Shown here: piece by piece, positions 27,296 through 38,046 of the stretch | Position numbering within the stretch: position 1 is the first letter of the stretch | How the letters are laid out: the number at the start of each line of letters is the position of its first letter | Source: a virus | Taxonomy: Duplodnaviria; Caudoviricetes | Length of the DNA: 64,000 bases | Virus record (IMG/VR): IMGVR_UViG_3300007965_000002 | Coordinates: 25,862 to 89,861 of that record | Direction: 5' to 3' (one strand) | Translations under genes and position numbers: made by a program | The notes under the pieces: model-generated | Database searches by the model: none | Seen by the model: the letters and a program-made list of their open reading frames with translations, nothing else | What the model was told of the DNA's origin: nothing

Positions 27296-30200
27296 TTAAC
27301 TTAGCACCACAAAAAATGGTTATATCTGAGGTACGTGGTGGTTTTAATAAGCTATATGTATCTCACTCTACCTCTGGAGACTATGATGCTCTAGGTAGAA
27401 TATTCTGGGTTCAGGAGGACGGCTCTGCGCTGCCTCCTACTACCTACAAGTTAGATCCTTTTAGTAATTCAGCCTCTTTAGGTGGATTACTAGCAAATAA
27501 AAGTTATACTGTAACAGGTGCATTTTATGATAGTTTTAGTAATGATGCTACCTTGGATGCTAAAGTACTGATAGAAGTATCCGACCCTTATACAGTAGTA
27601 ACACAAAGTGGTCCTAGTATAACAGGTATTACTTTTGAAACATTAGACGTAGATATTGGTGTAACTATACCTAATCTTAACTTTGCCTTAGTAGGTGCAT
27701 GTGATGTACTTATAGTAGAGTATAGAGAGGGTACTGCCGCATGGGAGCGTATTTACTCTGGACCAATGAGTTCTAGTGTTGTTATACCTGCTCCTAAACT
27801 AGGTTCTTTAGAGTTTAGAGTTAAAGGTGCATTCTATAATGGTGTTGGTGTTATTGAAGAAGGCTCTAACTATGTAGTATGGCCTAATATTGTGGATGTA
27901 GGGCTTAACTTTTCTAATCCTAGTACACCAAGTACCCCTACAGCTAAAATAGCTAAAATTAATGATTCCTTTGAACGATACGATGTAAAATTAACTTGGA
28001 ATTGGGTTAAAGGTACGGGTGCAGGATTAAGAGGTTTTGTTGTTGAATATACATCTACTGCTGATTATGCAATTAATGGTTTCGATAAAGCAAAAACACT
28101 AGCTGTTGGTAATACATTATCTACTATTATTACTAATTTTCCATTTAATATACCACATAAGATTCGCATAGTATCTATGTCTTATGGTGAAGTTAACTAT
28201 AGAGCCAATTCTGGGATACTAGATTTAACTATTACCAGTAGCTCTGTATTAGATAATAGCTTTACTAAAGAAACTCTTATTGATATAAACTATAATGGTA
28301 TTACCGCGTATAGAAATGGCCCACTAGCTAGGATAGTAACATTTAAACTAGATGCTAATACAGGTAATGCTGGTTTTGGTACTCCTATTTTTGGTAAGCA
28401 TCCGATACAGATTGATGGAACCACTGGTGTATTGTCTGTAGATGGTGGTGTAATAACAAAGAAAATTAATGCGGCTAGTTTCGTACTTACTAACTTTACT
28501 GGTACAGATAACCCTGCCCTTTATACTGAGGGTAAGACATATGCTAGTGGCGTTTCAGGTATATGGACTGGTTACGATAATACTAGTGGTATTTATAAGT
28601 TTGATTTAGGTAACTCTGCTAAGTATATACGCTGGGATGGATCTAAGTTACTAATATCGGGTCAAGTAGTTATTGGTACTGTTAATGGGGATATTCCACT
28701 AGAAGATACTATTGCTAAGCGTTTTGTTTATGTATATAAGTCTAGTGCCACACAAGAATCTCCTACAGGTAATGCTTATCCACCAGCTGGGTGGTCTACT
28801 ATACCAGTTGCCCCTGCTAATAGTAATGAAAATGTTTGGGTATCTCAGGGACTTCTTAACGATGTTACAGGGGTATTACAAACAGGATATAGTTGGAGTG
28901 CTAGTATACGTTTTAGTGGTATTAATGGTGTTAATGGTATTAATGGGGCTAATGGAGCTAATGGTGTACCTGGCTATAATAACGCTACAGTATTCTTATA
29001 TAAAAGAAGTGCTAGTACCCCTGCATTACCTACTACTAATAGTATCTATACTTTTACTACTAAAACTCTTACAGGATTTGATAATGGGTGGACTATAGGT
29101 GTACCTGCAGGTACTGACCCAGTTTATATAATAGCGGCCACAGCAAGCTCTGCCTCTAGTTCTGATACTATAGCGAGTAATGAATGGACTTCCCCTACTA
29201 TATTAGCCTCTGATGGAGCAGATGGTAGTGATGGTGTAAATACCGCAGCTATTTTCTTATATAGAAGATCTACTGTAGTACCTACTAAACCTTCAGTATC
29301 TACTACGTATACATTTGCTAGCGGTGTACTAACTGGAGCTAACAATGCTTGGGTTCAAGGAATACCTTCAGGTACTGATCCACTATATGTTACTACGGCA
29401 ACCGCAGTATCTACTAGTAGTACTGATGTAATTGCTGCGACTGAGTGGGCTACTCCGGTAGTTTTAGCACAAAATGGAGACGTAGGCTCTAGGGGCGCGG
29501 GTACATTTACTATTGCTACATCTACAGGTGCTTGGAGTGATACTACTGCTGCATCTGCTGTTCCAGGTTACCCAGTTCAGGATGATGTAGTTACTATCTA
29601 TAAAGCAACTGACTTCTCTATAGCTAATACTAAAAGATTTAATGGATCTAGTTGGGTAACTCCTGGACTTATGGTACATGGAGATATGATAGCATCCGGC
29701 TCAGTATTAGGTGATAGGTTTGTAGCTGGTACAGAAATAAAAGCACCTGTAATTAATGGTGGTACTGTGCAGATGATTGGATCTACTATTATGCGAGTTA
29801 CTAGTTCTACTCCATTTGGCCCACATAGCCTAATTGAATGGACGGGGCCAAGATTAGTTGATGAACTAGGTAATCCTTCGTGGAACTCATTACTAAAGAG
29901 TAATGCTATAACCTACTTAACAGCTACTGGTGATGCTTACTTTGGTGGTAGTTTAAGTGCTGGTGTTCTTAAATCAGGAGTTACAAACTCTTTAAAGACA
30001 GAATACGTACTTAATACATATCCTGTAGAGGTAGGGCCTTTTGCTACCAATGGTGGGTCTAAGACTGTTGTTGTATCATATTCCCTAGCAGCTAGTAGCA
30101 GTACAAGCACTGCGCCAGGTACTCTAACGCAACCGAGCGTATCTTGGACATTAGAACGTAGCATTGGTGGAGCGGCATTCACAGTGTTGACTTCTGGTAC

Positions 30201-30408
30201 CTTTAGTGGTTCCACTACTTCTAGATCTAATCCCGAAACGGGGCAGTATGATGTTACTGAATTTGTGGATGGTTCTTTAACATTCCCAGATACTTCAGCA
30301 GCTACAGGAGACTTTATTTATAGAGTTAAAATAACAGCGTATACTAGATATCATGTAACTTCTAGTGTACAAGCACAGACATTAACATTAATCTCTACGG
30401 AGGGTTAA
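27277..30408 (+). CDS. pb4: Central straight fibre protein (pb4-like), extended
   Basis: N-terminal FnIII-like domains, RGAGTFTI...PGYPVQDDVVT segment; extra repeats and a collagen-like GXX stretch. Confidence 0.75.
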   Translation: MEYNKLINLAPQKMVISEVRGGFNKLYVSHSTSGDYDALGRIFWVQEDGSALPPTTYKLDPFSNSASLGGLLANKSYTVTGAFYDSFSNDATLDAKVLIEVSDPYTVVTQSGPSITGITFETLDVDIGVTIPNLNFALVGACDVLIVEYREGTAAWERIYSGPMSSSVVIPAPKLGSLEFRVKGAFYNGVGVIEEGSNYVVWPNIVDVGLNFSNPSTPSTPTAKIAKINDSFERYDVKLTWNWVKGTGAGLRGFVVEYTSTADYAINGFDKAKTLAVGNTLSTIITNFPFNIPHKIRIVSMSYGEVNYRANSGILDLTITSSSVLDNSFTKETLIDINYNGITAYRNGPLARIVTFKLDANTGNAGFGTPIFGKHPIQIDGTTGVLSVDGGVITKKINAASFVLTNFTGTDNPALYTEGKTYASGVSGIWTGYDNTSGIYKFDLGNSAKYIRWDGSKLLISGQVVIGTVNGDIPLEDTIAKRFVYVYKSSATQESPTGNAYPPAGWSTIPVAPANSNENVWVSQGLLNDVTGVLQTGYSWSASIRFSGINGVNGINGANGANGVPGYNNATVFLYKRSASTPALPTTNSIYTFTTKTLTGFDNGWTIGVPAGTDPVYIIAATASSASSSDTIASNEWTSPTILASDGADGSDGVNTAAIFLYRRSTVVPTKPSVSTTYTFASGVLTGANNAWVQGIPSGTDPLYVTTATAVSTSSTDVIAATEWATPVVLAQNGDVGSRGAGTFTIATSTGAWSDTTAASAVPGYPVQDDVVTIYKATDFSIANTKRFNGSSWVTPGLMVHGDMIASGSVLGDRFVAGTEIKAPVINGGTVQMIGSTIMRVTSSTPFGPHSLIEWTGPRLVDELGNPSWNSLLKSNAITYLTATGDAYFGGSLSAGVLKSGVTNSLKTEYVLNTYPVEVGPFATNGGSKTVVVSYSLAASSSTSTAPGTLTQPSVSWTLERSIGGAAFTVLTSGTFSGSTTSRSNPETGQYDVTEFVDGSLTFPDTSAATGDFIYRVKITAYTRYHVTSSVQAQTLTLISTEG

Positions 30409-30409
30409 T

Positions 30410-30802
30410 ATGGAAAATAATCCAACATTTAATTTATATGTAGATTCAGGTATGTTATATGAAATATACCTGGGTCTGGCCAACTTGGTCGAAGACGCCC
30501 AAACAGGCCAAACAACAAAGACCCCAATAGACTTATCTGACATAGTTAGTTTATCTGGAGATATAAAAAAGAATTATAGTAGTAGTGCTTCATTAGTAGC
30601 CTCGTTTAACGTTTCTATTGAGAATGCAACTGCTGGTGAAATTTTAGTTACTTTACCAGCCTCTGCTAGTGCGAATATAGAGTTAGGACCTGATCCTACA
30701 TACCTATGGGGTTACTATGATATAGTAGCTACCAATAACTTAGGTACTAAAATTAAGATAGTTGGAGGTAAAGTATACCTAAACCAAGTATTAAATAAAT
30801 GA
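30410..30802 (+). CDS. Collar / L-fibre anchor protein (p132, BppU-like)
   Basis: PIDLSD, GEILVTLP, GYYDIV motifs. Confidence 0.8.
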   Translation: MENNPTFNLYVDSGMLYEIYLGLANLVEDAQTGQTTKTPIDLSDIVSLSGDIKKNYSSSASLVASFNVSIENATAGEILVTLPASASANIELGPDPTYLWGYYDIVATNNLGTKIKIVGGKVYLNQVLNK

Positions 30803-30812
30803 GGATAATAAC

Positions 30813-33800
30813 GTGATTATAGTAGAGTTTTTTAAAAGAGATAGCCAAACTAATGCTGAGACTGGTGTAGGTTCTGTTGTACAAGTACTTACAGCAGGTC
30901 TTAGTGGTATTAGTAGATCTGAGCTAGATCAAATTAGATCGGATGCATTAGCTAGTGCTAATAGTGCGGCGGCGGAAGCATTAGCTGCAAGTAACTATGC
31001 ATCAAGCGCTAGTTCCAGTAATACTTCTGCACAGGCGTACTCTTTAGCTGCTGCAGCAGAGGCAGATGATGCTGCTGCTAGTGCAGCTAGTGCTTTGGCT
31101 TCAGCTAATACTGCTAATACTAAAGCTACTATAGCTACTAACCAAGCTACTATAGCTACAGATGCTGCCACTACTGCTACTAATGCTACAAATAGTGTTG
31201 TACTTATTTCTAATAATATAGATTCAGTAGCATTAGCTGTTGATGCAGATGCAGCTAGTGCAGCTAGCTCAGCTAGCTCAGCTTTATCTAGTAAGACAGC
31301 TGCGGCAGCTAGTGCTGGTACAGCAACTAGCCAAGCTAATATAGCTACTACTAAAGCAACTGAAGCAAGCGCCAGTGCTACTTCTGCACTAGCTAGTGCT
31401 AATAGCGCAGCAGCTGATAAGGTAGCGGCTGCCGATAGTGCTATAGCTGCGGCTAGTAGTGCTTCTAGCGCTAATACTAATATTGATACTATTATTGCTG
31501 CTAAAGATAGCGCTGAGGCTGCTGCTTTATCTGCCGAAAATTCAGATACATCAGCACAACAAGCAGCTACTAATTCTGCTAACTCAGCTACTGCTGCCAG
31601 CACTTCAGCTACTTCAGCTAATAGTGCAGCTAGTATAGCTTCTTCTAGTGCTACTTCTGTATTAAGTGTAGCGGCAAATATACAAGGGCTAGTGGATGAA
31701 ACGGCTACTAATGCTCTTGCAGCAGCTACTAGTGCTACTACTGCTACTAGTAAAGCTACTTCTGCAACTAACTCCGCAACTTCTGCAACTAATAGTGCTG
31801 CTAATGCATCTGCTTCTGCTATATCTGCTAGTACTGATGCAGTTAGAGCAAAAAATGAGGCTGATAGAGCACAGTCTATTGCAGATAGTATGGGTGGAAC
31901 TGGTGGAGGAACTTGGGGAGGTATCGTAGGTACTTTATCAGACCAAGCAGATCTTCAATTAGTATTAGACGGTAAGCTAGATGCAGCAGCTAATGCAGTT
32001 TCTGCAACTAAGCTAACTACAGCTCGTACAATAAGCTTTACAGGTGATGCAACTGGATCTACTACTTTTGATGGTACAGCTAATAAAGCAGTAGCTTTAA
32101 CTGTAGCAAAAGCAGCTAAATGGACTACTGCTAGAACTCTTAGTGTAACTGGGGATGCTACTGGTTCTGTTATTATAGATGGTTCAGGTAATATGTCACT
32201 GGCTTTAACAGTTGGTGGATTAAGTGCATCTATTCCATTTAGCCAGATTACTAGTAAACCAACAACCTTAGCTGGTTATGGAATTACTGATGCTGCTACT
32301 AGTGGACATACACATACTTTTGCTTCAATTACTGGTAAACCAACAACCTTAGCTGGTTATGGAATTACTGATGCTGCTACTAGTAGTCACACACATAGTC
32401 CTACTCAAGTTGGGTTAGGTAATGTAGTTAACGTATTACAATACTCTGCTAGTAATACCAACATTGGAACAGGTGCTACAAATTATGCAGCAGGGAACCA
32501 TGACCATAGCTCAATCTCTGGTACATCTGGGTCTTCATTATATTTAGTCCGTCAAGATACTCGTACAGAAAATTTACCACCATCGGGTTACTCTGACTCT
32601 GGTGTTGGATACCACTTTAAACAAAATACTGCTGATGGATTTACTGCGGGTGGGGGGACTTATCACCGAGTACTAAACCTTGACGCTTGGGGTGGCATCT
32701 CTGGAGGGTTAAGTGGGCAACTGGCCTTTGGGGACAATGGGGTGGTCGGCTATCGTGGTTCTGTCTCTGAGGCTACTTGGAGTGGCTGGAAAACCTTTGT
32801 TTTCACAGGTGAGAATATTGGGGGTGGGGCTAGTAATTATGCTGCGGGGAACCACTCACATAGTCAGTATGTCTTAAACAATGGTTATGATGAAGTTCAA
32901 GAACTTACTTTTCAGGGGGGTATTAGTGACCCAAACTTTACTAATAATGATTCATCATGTTGGAATAATAATGGTACTGTGCCTTTTAAGATAGTTAGAG
33001 GGAATAATGCTGCAGCGATATGGCTTAAAAATGGTGATGTGAGTAACAGCCGTGAGTTAAATATTCAGTGTGGCCATTCCTCTACGGGATACGCATATAT
33101 TGGGGGGATTATTAACCTAAACCCTAATGGTGGTACAGTTATGGCTAATGGTAACCCCCTTTACCATGCCGGTTATAATAATATTGGTAGTGGGGCGACA
33201 AACTATGCGGCTGGCAACCACGGCCATTTAAACCAGTATATTGGTAGCCAATATGCTAATGGTTATGCTGGTATACTTGGGCAAGATAACAGTAATGCCA
33301 CTTGGGTAAGAACTACGACATTAGGTATTCTACCTTACCAAGCAGGAGGTTATAGTAGTATTGGTACAACTACGTGGCCATTCTCTGCTATTTACTCTAC
33401 TAATTTTTATGGTACGTTTAAAGGTCATGCTGATACTGCTACATGGGCGGATACTGTTGATGTTAACTCTAATAATTTATCAGCCTATTGGTATGACGTT
33501 GTATGGCATTCTGGAGATACAGTATATTCATCTGCAAATGTTGAGATTCAGGGTTCAACTGGGACACTTAGAGCTGCACGTCTACAGGTAGGCACTGCAA
33601 CTGGTTACTTCTATGGTGATGCAAACTATACCCAATTTACAGGTGGTAATATGTACTTCAATACTGGGGTAGGTATTTTCTACAACTATGCTGGTACTAC
33701 ATATCACGGTAATACTTCTGGTTGTGACCAGAACTTTAGGGGTAATAACTTATATGGTAATTCTTGGAATATACTTGCGAGTGGTGCAATTAATGTTGCG

Positions 33801-34817
33801 GGTGGCACGGTAGCCCAAAACGGCTACCTTGAGTTTGCAGGTAATAGTACTTGGGGTGGAATATTACGCGTAGGCGGCAATGGCCGAACTATTACCACAG
33901 CTCTTGGTAGCTCAATAGCTTCGACAAATGGCAACCTCCATATTGATTGTGGGACTACGGGGACACTACACCTGAATTATTATAGTGGTAATGGTGGCAT
34001 AATTTTTGGTAACGGTGCAAATGGAAACGTAGGCAATTTGAGCAGTTCAGGGAGTTTAACTTTAAGTGGGGCGATAACTGTTGCGGGTAATGTTAACTCC
34101 AACGGGGATACCTATTATGGGGATGGTAAAGGGGTTATCCAGTTTAGTGACAGTTGGTTACGCATTAATCCCCTTAACGCCTTCTCGTCAGGAATATATT
34201 GTGGCAGTAGTGTCTTACGAACGGACGGTCAACTTGAGGTTGGAAGTAATGGCGGGAGTTTTAAAGTTACTTCTACGGGTACCGTAAGTATGGCAGGAGA
34301 CCTAACTGTAGGTAGTGGAACCGCTAGCAATATTTATATGACAGATACAGATAACACTACTAGACGAATACATTGTAACTCCAATCGTATTGGGTTCTTG
34401 AACTCGTCAAGTGGGTGGAGCGCGTGGTCTGATAATACTGGTAATTGGGTGTGTGCTTATACCGTCTATGGTGCTGACTGTATCTCAACCTCAGATATTC
34501 GAGTTAAGTCTAATCTAGAATTAATTCAGAATGCTCGTTGGATGGTTAATCAACTTGATGGTTGGACCTTCGATCGAAGTGATATGGATGGTCGTCGTCA
34601 TGGTGGTGTGATTGCTCAAAAGGTAGAGGAAGTCTATCCTGTGGCAATCTTTAAAACTGAAGATGAAGTACTAGGTGAGAAGCTTAATGTCTCATCTACT
34701 GCGCTTATCGGCTTATTAGTTGCTGCGTTTAAAGAGCAAGATGCTGTTATAACTAAACAACAAGCTGAGATAGATAGTATTAAACAGATGCTACTAGACT
34801 TGAATATAGGTAGATAA
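30813..34817 (+). CDS. pb1: Lateral tail fibre with C-terminal intramolecular chaperone (peptidase S74)
   Basis: Ala/Ser/Thr coiled-coil N-terminus, fibre repeats, SDIRVKSN...GVIAQKVEEVYP autocleavage domain. Confidence 0.9.
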   Translation: MIIVEFFKRDSQTNAETGVGSVVQVLTAGLSGISRSELDQIRSDALASANSAAAEALAASNYASSASSSNTSAQAYSLAAAAEADDAAASAASALASANTANTKATIATNQATIATDAATTATNATNSVVLISNNIDSVALAVDADAASAASSASSALSSKTAAAASAGTATSQANIATTKATEASASATSALASANSAAADKVAAADSAIAAASSASSANTNIDTIIAAKDSAEAAALSAENSDTSAQQAATNSANSATAASTSATSANSAASIASSSATSVLSVAANIQGLVDETATNALAAATSATTATSKATSATNSATSATNSAANASASAISASTDAVRAKNEADRAQSIADSMGGTGGGTWGGIVGTLSDQADLQLVLDGKLDAAANAVSATKLTTARTISFTGDATGSTTFDGTANKAVALTVAKAAKWTTARTLSVTGDATGSVIIDGSGNMSLALTVGGLSASIPFSQITSKPTTLAGYGITDAATSGHTHTFASITGKPTTLAGYGITDAATSSHTHSPTQVGLGNVVNVLQYSASNTNIGTGATNYAAGNHDHSSISGTSGSSLYLVRQDTRTENLPPSGYSDSGVGYHFKQNTADGFTAGGGTYHRVLNLDAWGGISGGLSGQLAFGDNGVVGYRGSVSEATWSGWKTFVFTGENIGGGASNYAAGNHSHSQYVLNNGYDEVQELTFQGGISDPNFTNNDSSCWNNNGTVPFKIVRGNNAAAIWLKNGDVSNSRELNIQCGHSSTGYAYIGGIINLNPNGGTVMANGNPLYHAGYNNIGSGATNYAAGNHGHLNQYIGSQYANGYAGILGQDNSNATWVRTTTLGILPYQAGGYSSIGTTTWPFSAIYSTNFYGTFKGHADTATWADTVDVNSNNLSAYWYDVVWHSGDTVYSSANVEIQGSTGTLRAARLQVGTATGYFYGDANYTQFTGGNMYFNTGVGIFYNYAGTTYHGNTSGCDQNFRGNNLYGNSWNILASGAINVAGGTVAQNGYLEFAGNSTWGGILRVGGNGRTITTALGSSIASTNGNLHIDCGTTGTLHLNYYSGNGGIIFGNGANGNVGNLSSSGSLTLSGAITVAGNVNSNGDTYYGDGKGVIQFSDSWLRINPLNAFSSGIYCGSSVLRTDGQLEVGSNGGSFKVTSTGTVSMAGDLTVGSGTASNIYMTDTDNTTRRIHCNSNRIGFLNSSSGWSAWSDNTGNWVCAYTVYGADCISTSDIRVKSNLELIQNARWMVNQLDGWTFDRSDMDGRRHGGVIAQKVEEVYPVAIFKTEDEVLGEKLNVSSTALIGLLVAAFKEQDAVITKQQAEIDSIKQMLLDLNIGR
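32258..32385 (+). repeat. Direct repeat in the fibre gene (KPTTLAGYGITDAATS x2)
   Basis: GTAAACCAACAACCTTAGCTGGTTATGGAATTACTGATGCTGCTACTAGT duplicated. Confidence 0.85.
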
Positions 34818-34819
34818 CT

Positions 34820-36061
34820 ATGGCTAATCATGCATTTAATGTAACAACTGTGAGAAATACAAGTACTGACTATAGTATTTCTATTACTCCTAGTACCAGT
34901 TCAGGTAGCCCCTTAACTATTACTGAGGGGGATACGGTTACTTTTACTTGGATAAGCTCTGTTGCTGGAGCACCTCCGAGTCAACTTAATTTTGGTAATA
35001 TATCTACTAATACATTTACAGATGGCTCTTTAGCTACTTTGTATAGTGTTGGTAGTTCATTTACACGTACAGTAAAGACAGGCGGCACTATTCCTAATGC
35101 GGATAGTTGTCGTGTGTCTACTACTGGCTCAGGGTTTTCATACTGGTACCTATATCGTGTATCTAGTATTGATACCTTACCCGATAATTTTAGCTTAGGT
35201 ACTGACATTGTTAACGCTAATCCTTTACAAACTTATTATACAGATATAGTTACTATTACAGGCATTAATACACCAGTAACTGCTTCTGCAAATAATGGTG
35301 GTTTGATTAGTAAGAATAACGGTTCCTATGCTTCGTCACAGACGATATCTAATGGGGATAAAATACGAGTTAAGATTATATCTAATAGTAGTTATAGTTC
35401 CACTAAAGTAACTAGCGTTACAGTAGGTTCTAGAGTAGTTACTTTTAATGTTACTACTATGGCATCTCCTGCTGCTGGTCAGATTATACCTATAGGTATA
35501 ACTAGTGGGAATATAAGTATTAGGGATTTATCAGACTTATTTGGTAAACCAAGATATGATGTTAACGTACCTCTTAGTAACTACTTAAAGGCTCCTGGAG
35601 GAACTAGAGTACCAGATATTAGTCAAAATAGTGCAGTATCTAGTTCTCTACCTTTAAGTTTAAGAAGCTTCTTAGGATCTGCTACTTCATTTTATGTATC
35701 AACCTATCCAGCTAATAAAATTATATCTTATGATACTACGTCACAAGGTGGCACATTCTATTTACGATGGGAAGTAGGTGTTGACTGGTTCCTAGGATTC
35801 CATCCTGATGTAATGAATATAGCAGAATATAGATATGTAGTTACCGAGACAGGTTCTAGTACTGGGGTCTCAGCTTCATCTGCAGTAGCTATAGGAACAT
35901 GGAGCAATCTTAATAGAGACATACAGATAGGTATAACGGTACCTTCGTATGTAGAGAGACGTTATCAAGGACAGATTACAATATACGCAAGACACCCAAA
36001 AGCACCTACTCAAGTAGTAAGCTGCACAACTAACTACTGGTTCGAGTTCTACGGACCATAA
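34820..36061 (+). CDS. Putative fibre-tip adhesin / receptor-binding protein
   Basis: Beta-rich; DTLPDNF...TFNVTT repeat-type domain and SGNISIRDLSDLFG...LSNYLK segment typical of fibre-tip proteins. Confidence 0.6.
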   Translation: MANHAFNVTTVRNTSTDYSISITPSTSSGSPLTITEGDTVTFTWISSVAGAPPSQLNFGNISTNTFTDGSLATLYSVGSSFTRTVKTGGTIPNADSCRVSTTGSGFSYWYLYRVSSIDTLPDNFSLGTDIVNANPLQTYYTDIVTITGINTPVTASANNGGLISKNNGSYASSQTISNGDKIRVKIISNSSYSSTKVTSVTVGSRVVTFNVTTMASPAAGQIIPIGITSGNISIRDLSDLFGKPRYDVNVPLSNYLKAPGGTRVPDISQNSAVSSSLPLSLRSFLGSATSFYVSTYPANKIISYDTTSQGGTFYLRWEVGVDWFLGFHPDVMNIAEYRYVVTETGSSTGVSASSAVAIGTWSNLNRDIQIGITVPSYVERRYQGQITIYARHPKAPTQVVSCTTNYWFEFYGP

Positions 36062-36082
36062 TAAATTATCGAAGGAGATAAT

Positions 36083-36460
36083 ATGTTTACAATTAAATTT
36101 AGAGATCCACAAGGCACTGTATATAATAACGCAGTTGTAACAGTTAAAACTATTAATGAGAATACTAATACATCATCTAGTAATATACTAGATACTAGTG
36201 ATTTATTAAACCCTACGTACAATGGTACTACGTCTAATAATAGAAATATTAACTATACTGCTGTATACTGGCCTGACCAAGCTAGTTATGATTCTGGACT
36301 AGTTCCTTATATACTATATAATTATAATAGTATGGGTATATACGGTGATCCTACCTTTAACGTACCTATGCTTTCTGAGTATGATGGTTTACCTGCACTA
36401 GATATCTGTGAGTTACACTTAAATAGTGAAGTACTTGATACTAACTTTCCTGTAGCTTAG
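36083..36460 (+). CDS. Hypothetical tail-fibre-associated protein
   Basis: 125-aa ORF, GGAG RBS, last + strand gene. Confidence 0.7.
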   Translation: MFTIKFRDPQGTVYNNAVVTVKTINENTNTSSSNILDTSDLLNPTYNGTTSNNRNINYTAVYWPDQASYDSGLVPYILYNYNSMGIYGDPTFNVPMLSEYDGLPALDICELHLNSEVLDTNFPVA

Positions 36461-36465
36461 GCAAT

Positions 36466-36504
36466 AAAAAACCCCATAACTATTTAGTTATGGGGTTTTC
36501 TTTT
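36466..36504. terminator. Bidirectional terminator between convergent late and early operons
   Basis: AAAAAACCCCATAAC-tattta-GTTATGGGGTTTTCTTTT. Confidence 0.9.
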
Positions 36505-36718
36505 ATCCCTCTGAGGGAATATACTCGGCCTGTGTAAGTGCCTTTAATCTAGTTACTTCATCCACTAACATATTAGGTGTTATATTACCTTCTTCATTAG
36601 CTTGAAGCTGTAATACATTTACAATTGCTTGTAAAATACCACTAAGTTCTGCTATTTGCTCGCCCTTATCAAATAAGTTAGCTTTAAGTTTAGTAATTGT
36701 TTCGTCTTTGTCTTGCAT
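36503..36718 (-). CDS. Hypothetical coiled-coil protein
   Basis: 71-aa ORF with GGAG RBS. Confidence 0.7.
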   Translation of the reverse strand: MQDKDETITKLKANLFDKGEQIAELSGILQAIVNVLQLQANEEGNITPNMLVDEVTRLKALTQAEYIPSEG

Positions 36719-36734
36719 AATAATCTCCTATTAT

Positions 36735-37178
36735 TTATTTTAGTTTAATGTCACAACCGGAACTACCAAACCCGCCCGCTCCGCGGTCAGTATTGGTTAA
36801 CTCGGTTACAAGGTTGAATTTTGGGGATAAATGAGGTACTACTATTAGTTGGCACACTCTATCTCCTTTATACATGGTAATATTTTTTGTCCCTATATTA
36901 CGTAGTTTAACTTGAATCTCTCCACGATAATCAGAATCAATAACTCCTATTGTATTTTTAAGTACAATGTGTAGTCCTTCATACTTACCCATACTCGATC
37001 GTGGAGCTACAATGCCTACCGTATTCTTTGGTAATTCTACAGAAACCCCTGTCCCAAAGCTTATCTCTTTACCTGGCTCTAGGCAGAAGTCTACTGAAGT
37101 CTTTAAGTCCATACCAGCAGCATCTTCGCTGCCAATAACTGGAACTAATTCTTTATCTATGCATACTATATTTATCAC
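36735..37178 (-). CDS. dut: dUTPase (trimeric)
   Basis: AAGMDL, PRSS, GVIDSDYRGEI, RGAGGFGSSG. Confidence 0.97.
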   Translation of the reverse strand: MINIVCIDKELVPVIGSEDAAGMDLKTSVDFCLEPGKEISFGTGVSVELPKNTVGIVAPRSSMGKYEGLHIVLKNTIGVIDSDYRGEIQVKLRNIGTKNITMYKGDRVCQLIVVPHLSPKFNLVTELTNTDRGAGGFGSSGCDIKLK

Positions 37179-38046
37179 TACGAATGTCCTTTAATGTATT
37201 TTCTAGTTTAGTAAAGTAATCACCATCATATGTATTACTAGCGTGTTCAATAGCATCATCAGAGTATGAAATTAAATCCATTAACTCTAGATTGCGAAGA
37301 AGAACTTCTTCACCACTACTATTAAGATTCTGTACAAATAATTGCTTACCAGGAATTGGTAATGCCCCTACTAGGTCATGAACTGAGCCATACTCCCTAA
37401 CTAGGTTATAAGCGCGTTTAACACCAATACCATCAATACCTGGTACAGAGTCTCCTCGGTCTCCCTGAATTGCTTTTACATGAGAATACTGTTCTGGGCT
37501 ATCACACCCATGTTCATCATAGAAGTTATCAATTGTAAACTCTTTCTGACTAGTATACGCCCAACGTTTTACTTTATCGTTAAGGAGTTGATCCCAATCT
37601 TGGTCAGTTGATATTAACCAAATAGTATCGTAACGATCGTATAAATGCTGTGCAAAGTAAGCTGCCAAGTCATCAGCCTCTACACCTTTTAGTTTTATGA
37701 TACAATGACCTGTTTCTTCTACTAACTCAACTGCACGAATATACCCATCAAAGAAGTCAGCCCAAGATTGAGATTCTTCCTCTGTTTGTGTTTCACGCTT
37801 AGCTTCACGGTCGCCTTTGTACGTAGGCAGTAGCTCTTTACGGTAAGTTGACTTACCAAAGTCTGATAAGTGTAATACATCTTTAGCACCATAAGAGGCT
37901 GCTAAAGAGTTAATAGTTGCTAGATATTCAGCACCAAATATATTATGGCCTCTATGCTTGAATCTCATTGCTAAGTTGATTCCGTCTACTATGATAAGGT
38001 TATTACCTGTACCACGACGATTTTGTTGTTCCCAGCTTATTGTCAT
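37153..38046 (-). CDS. D15: Flap endonuclease / 5'-3' exonuclease
   Basis: IVDGINLAMR, YKGDR, GVEADD, ISTDQD, GDRGDSVPGIDGIG. Confidence 0.95.
   Translation of the reverse strand: MTISWEQQNRRGTGNNLIIVDGINLAMRFKHRGHNIFGAEYLATINSLAASYGAKDVLHLSDFGKSTYRKELLPTYKGDREAKRETQTEEESQSWADFFDGYIRAVELVEETGHCIIKLKGVEADDLAAYFAQHLYDRYDTIWLISTDQDWDQLLNDKVKRWAYTSQKEFTIDNFYDEHGCDSPEQYSHVKAIQGDRGDSVPGIDGIGVKRAYNLVREYGSVHDLVGALPIPGKQLFVQNLNSSGEEVLLRNLELMDLISYSDDAIEHASNTYDGDYFTKLENTLKDIRSDKYSMHR

Noticed and set aside
30995-31603. 202-aa Ala/Leu-rich antisense ORF
   Set aside because: Antisense shadow of GCT/AGT/ACT-rich fibre codons; the same applies to the other overlapping short ORFs in the track (e.g. 7665, 16135, 38615, 39188, 59394, 62904)
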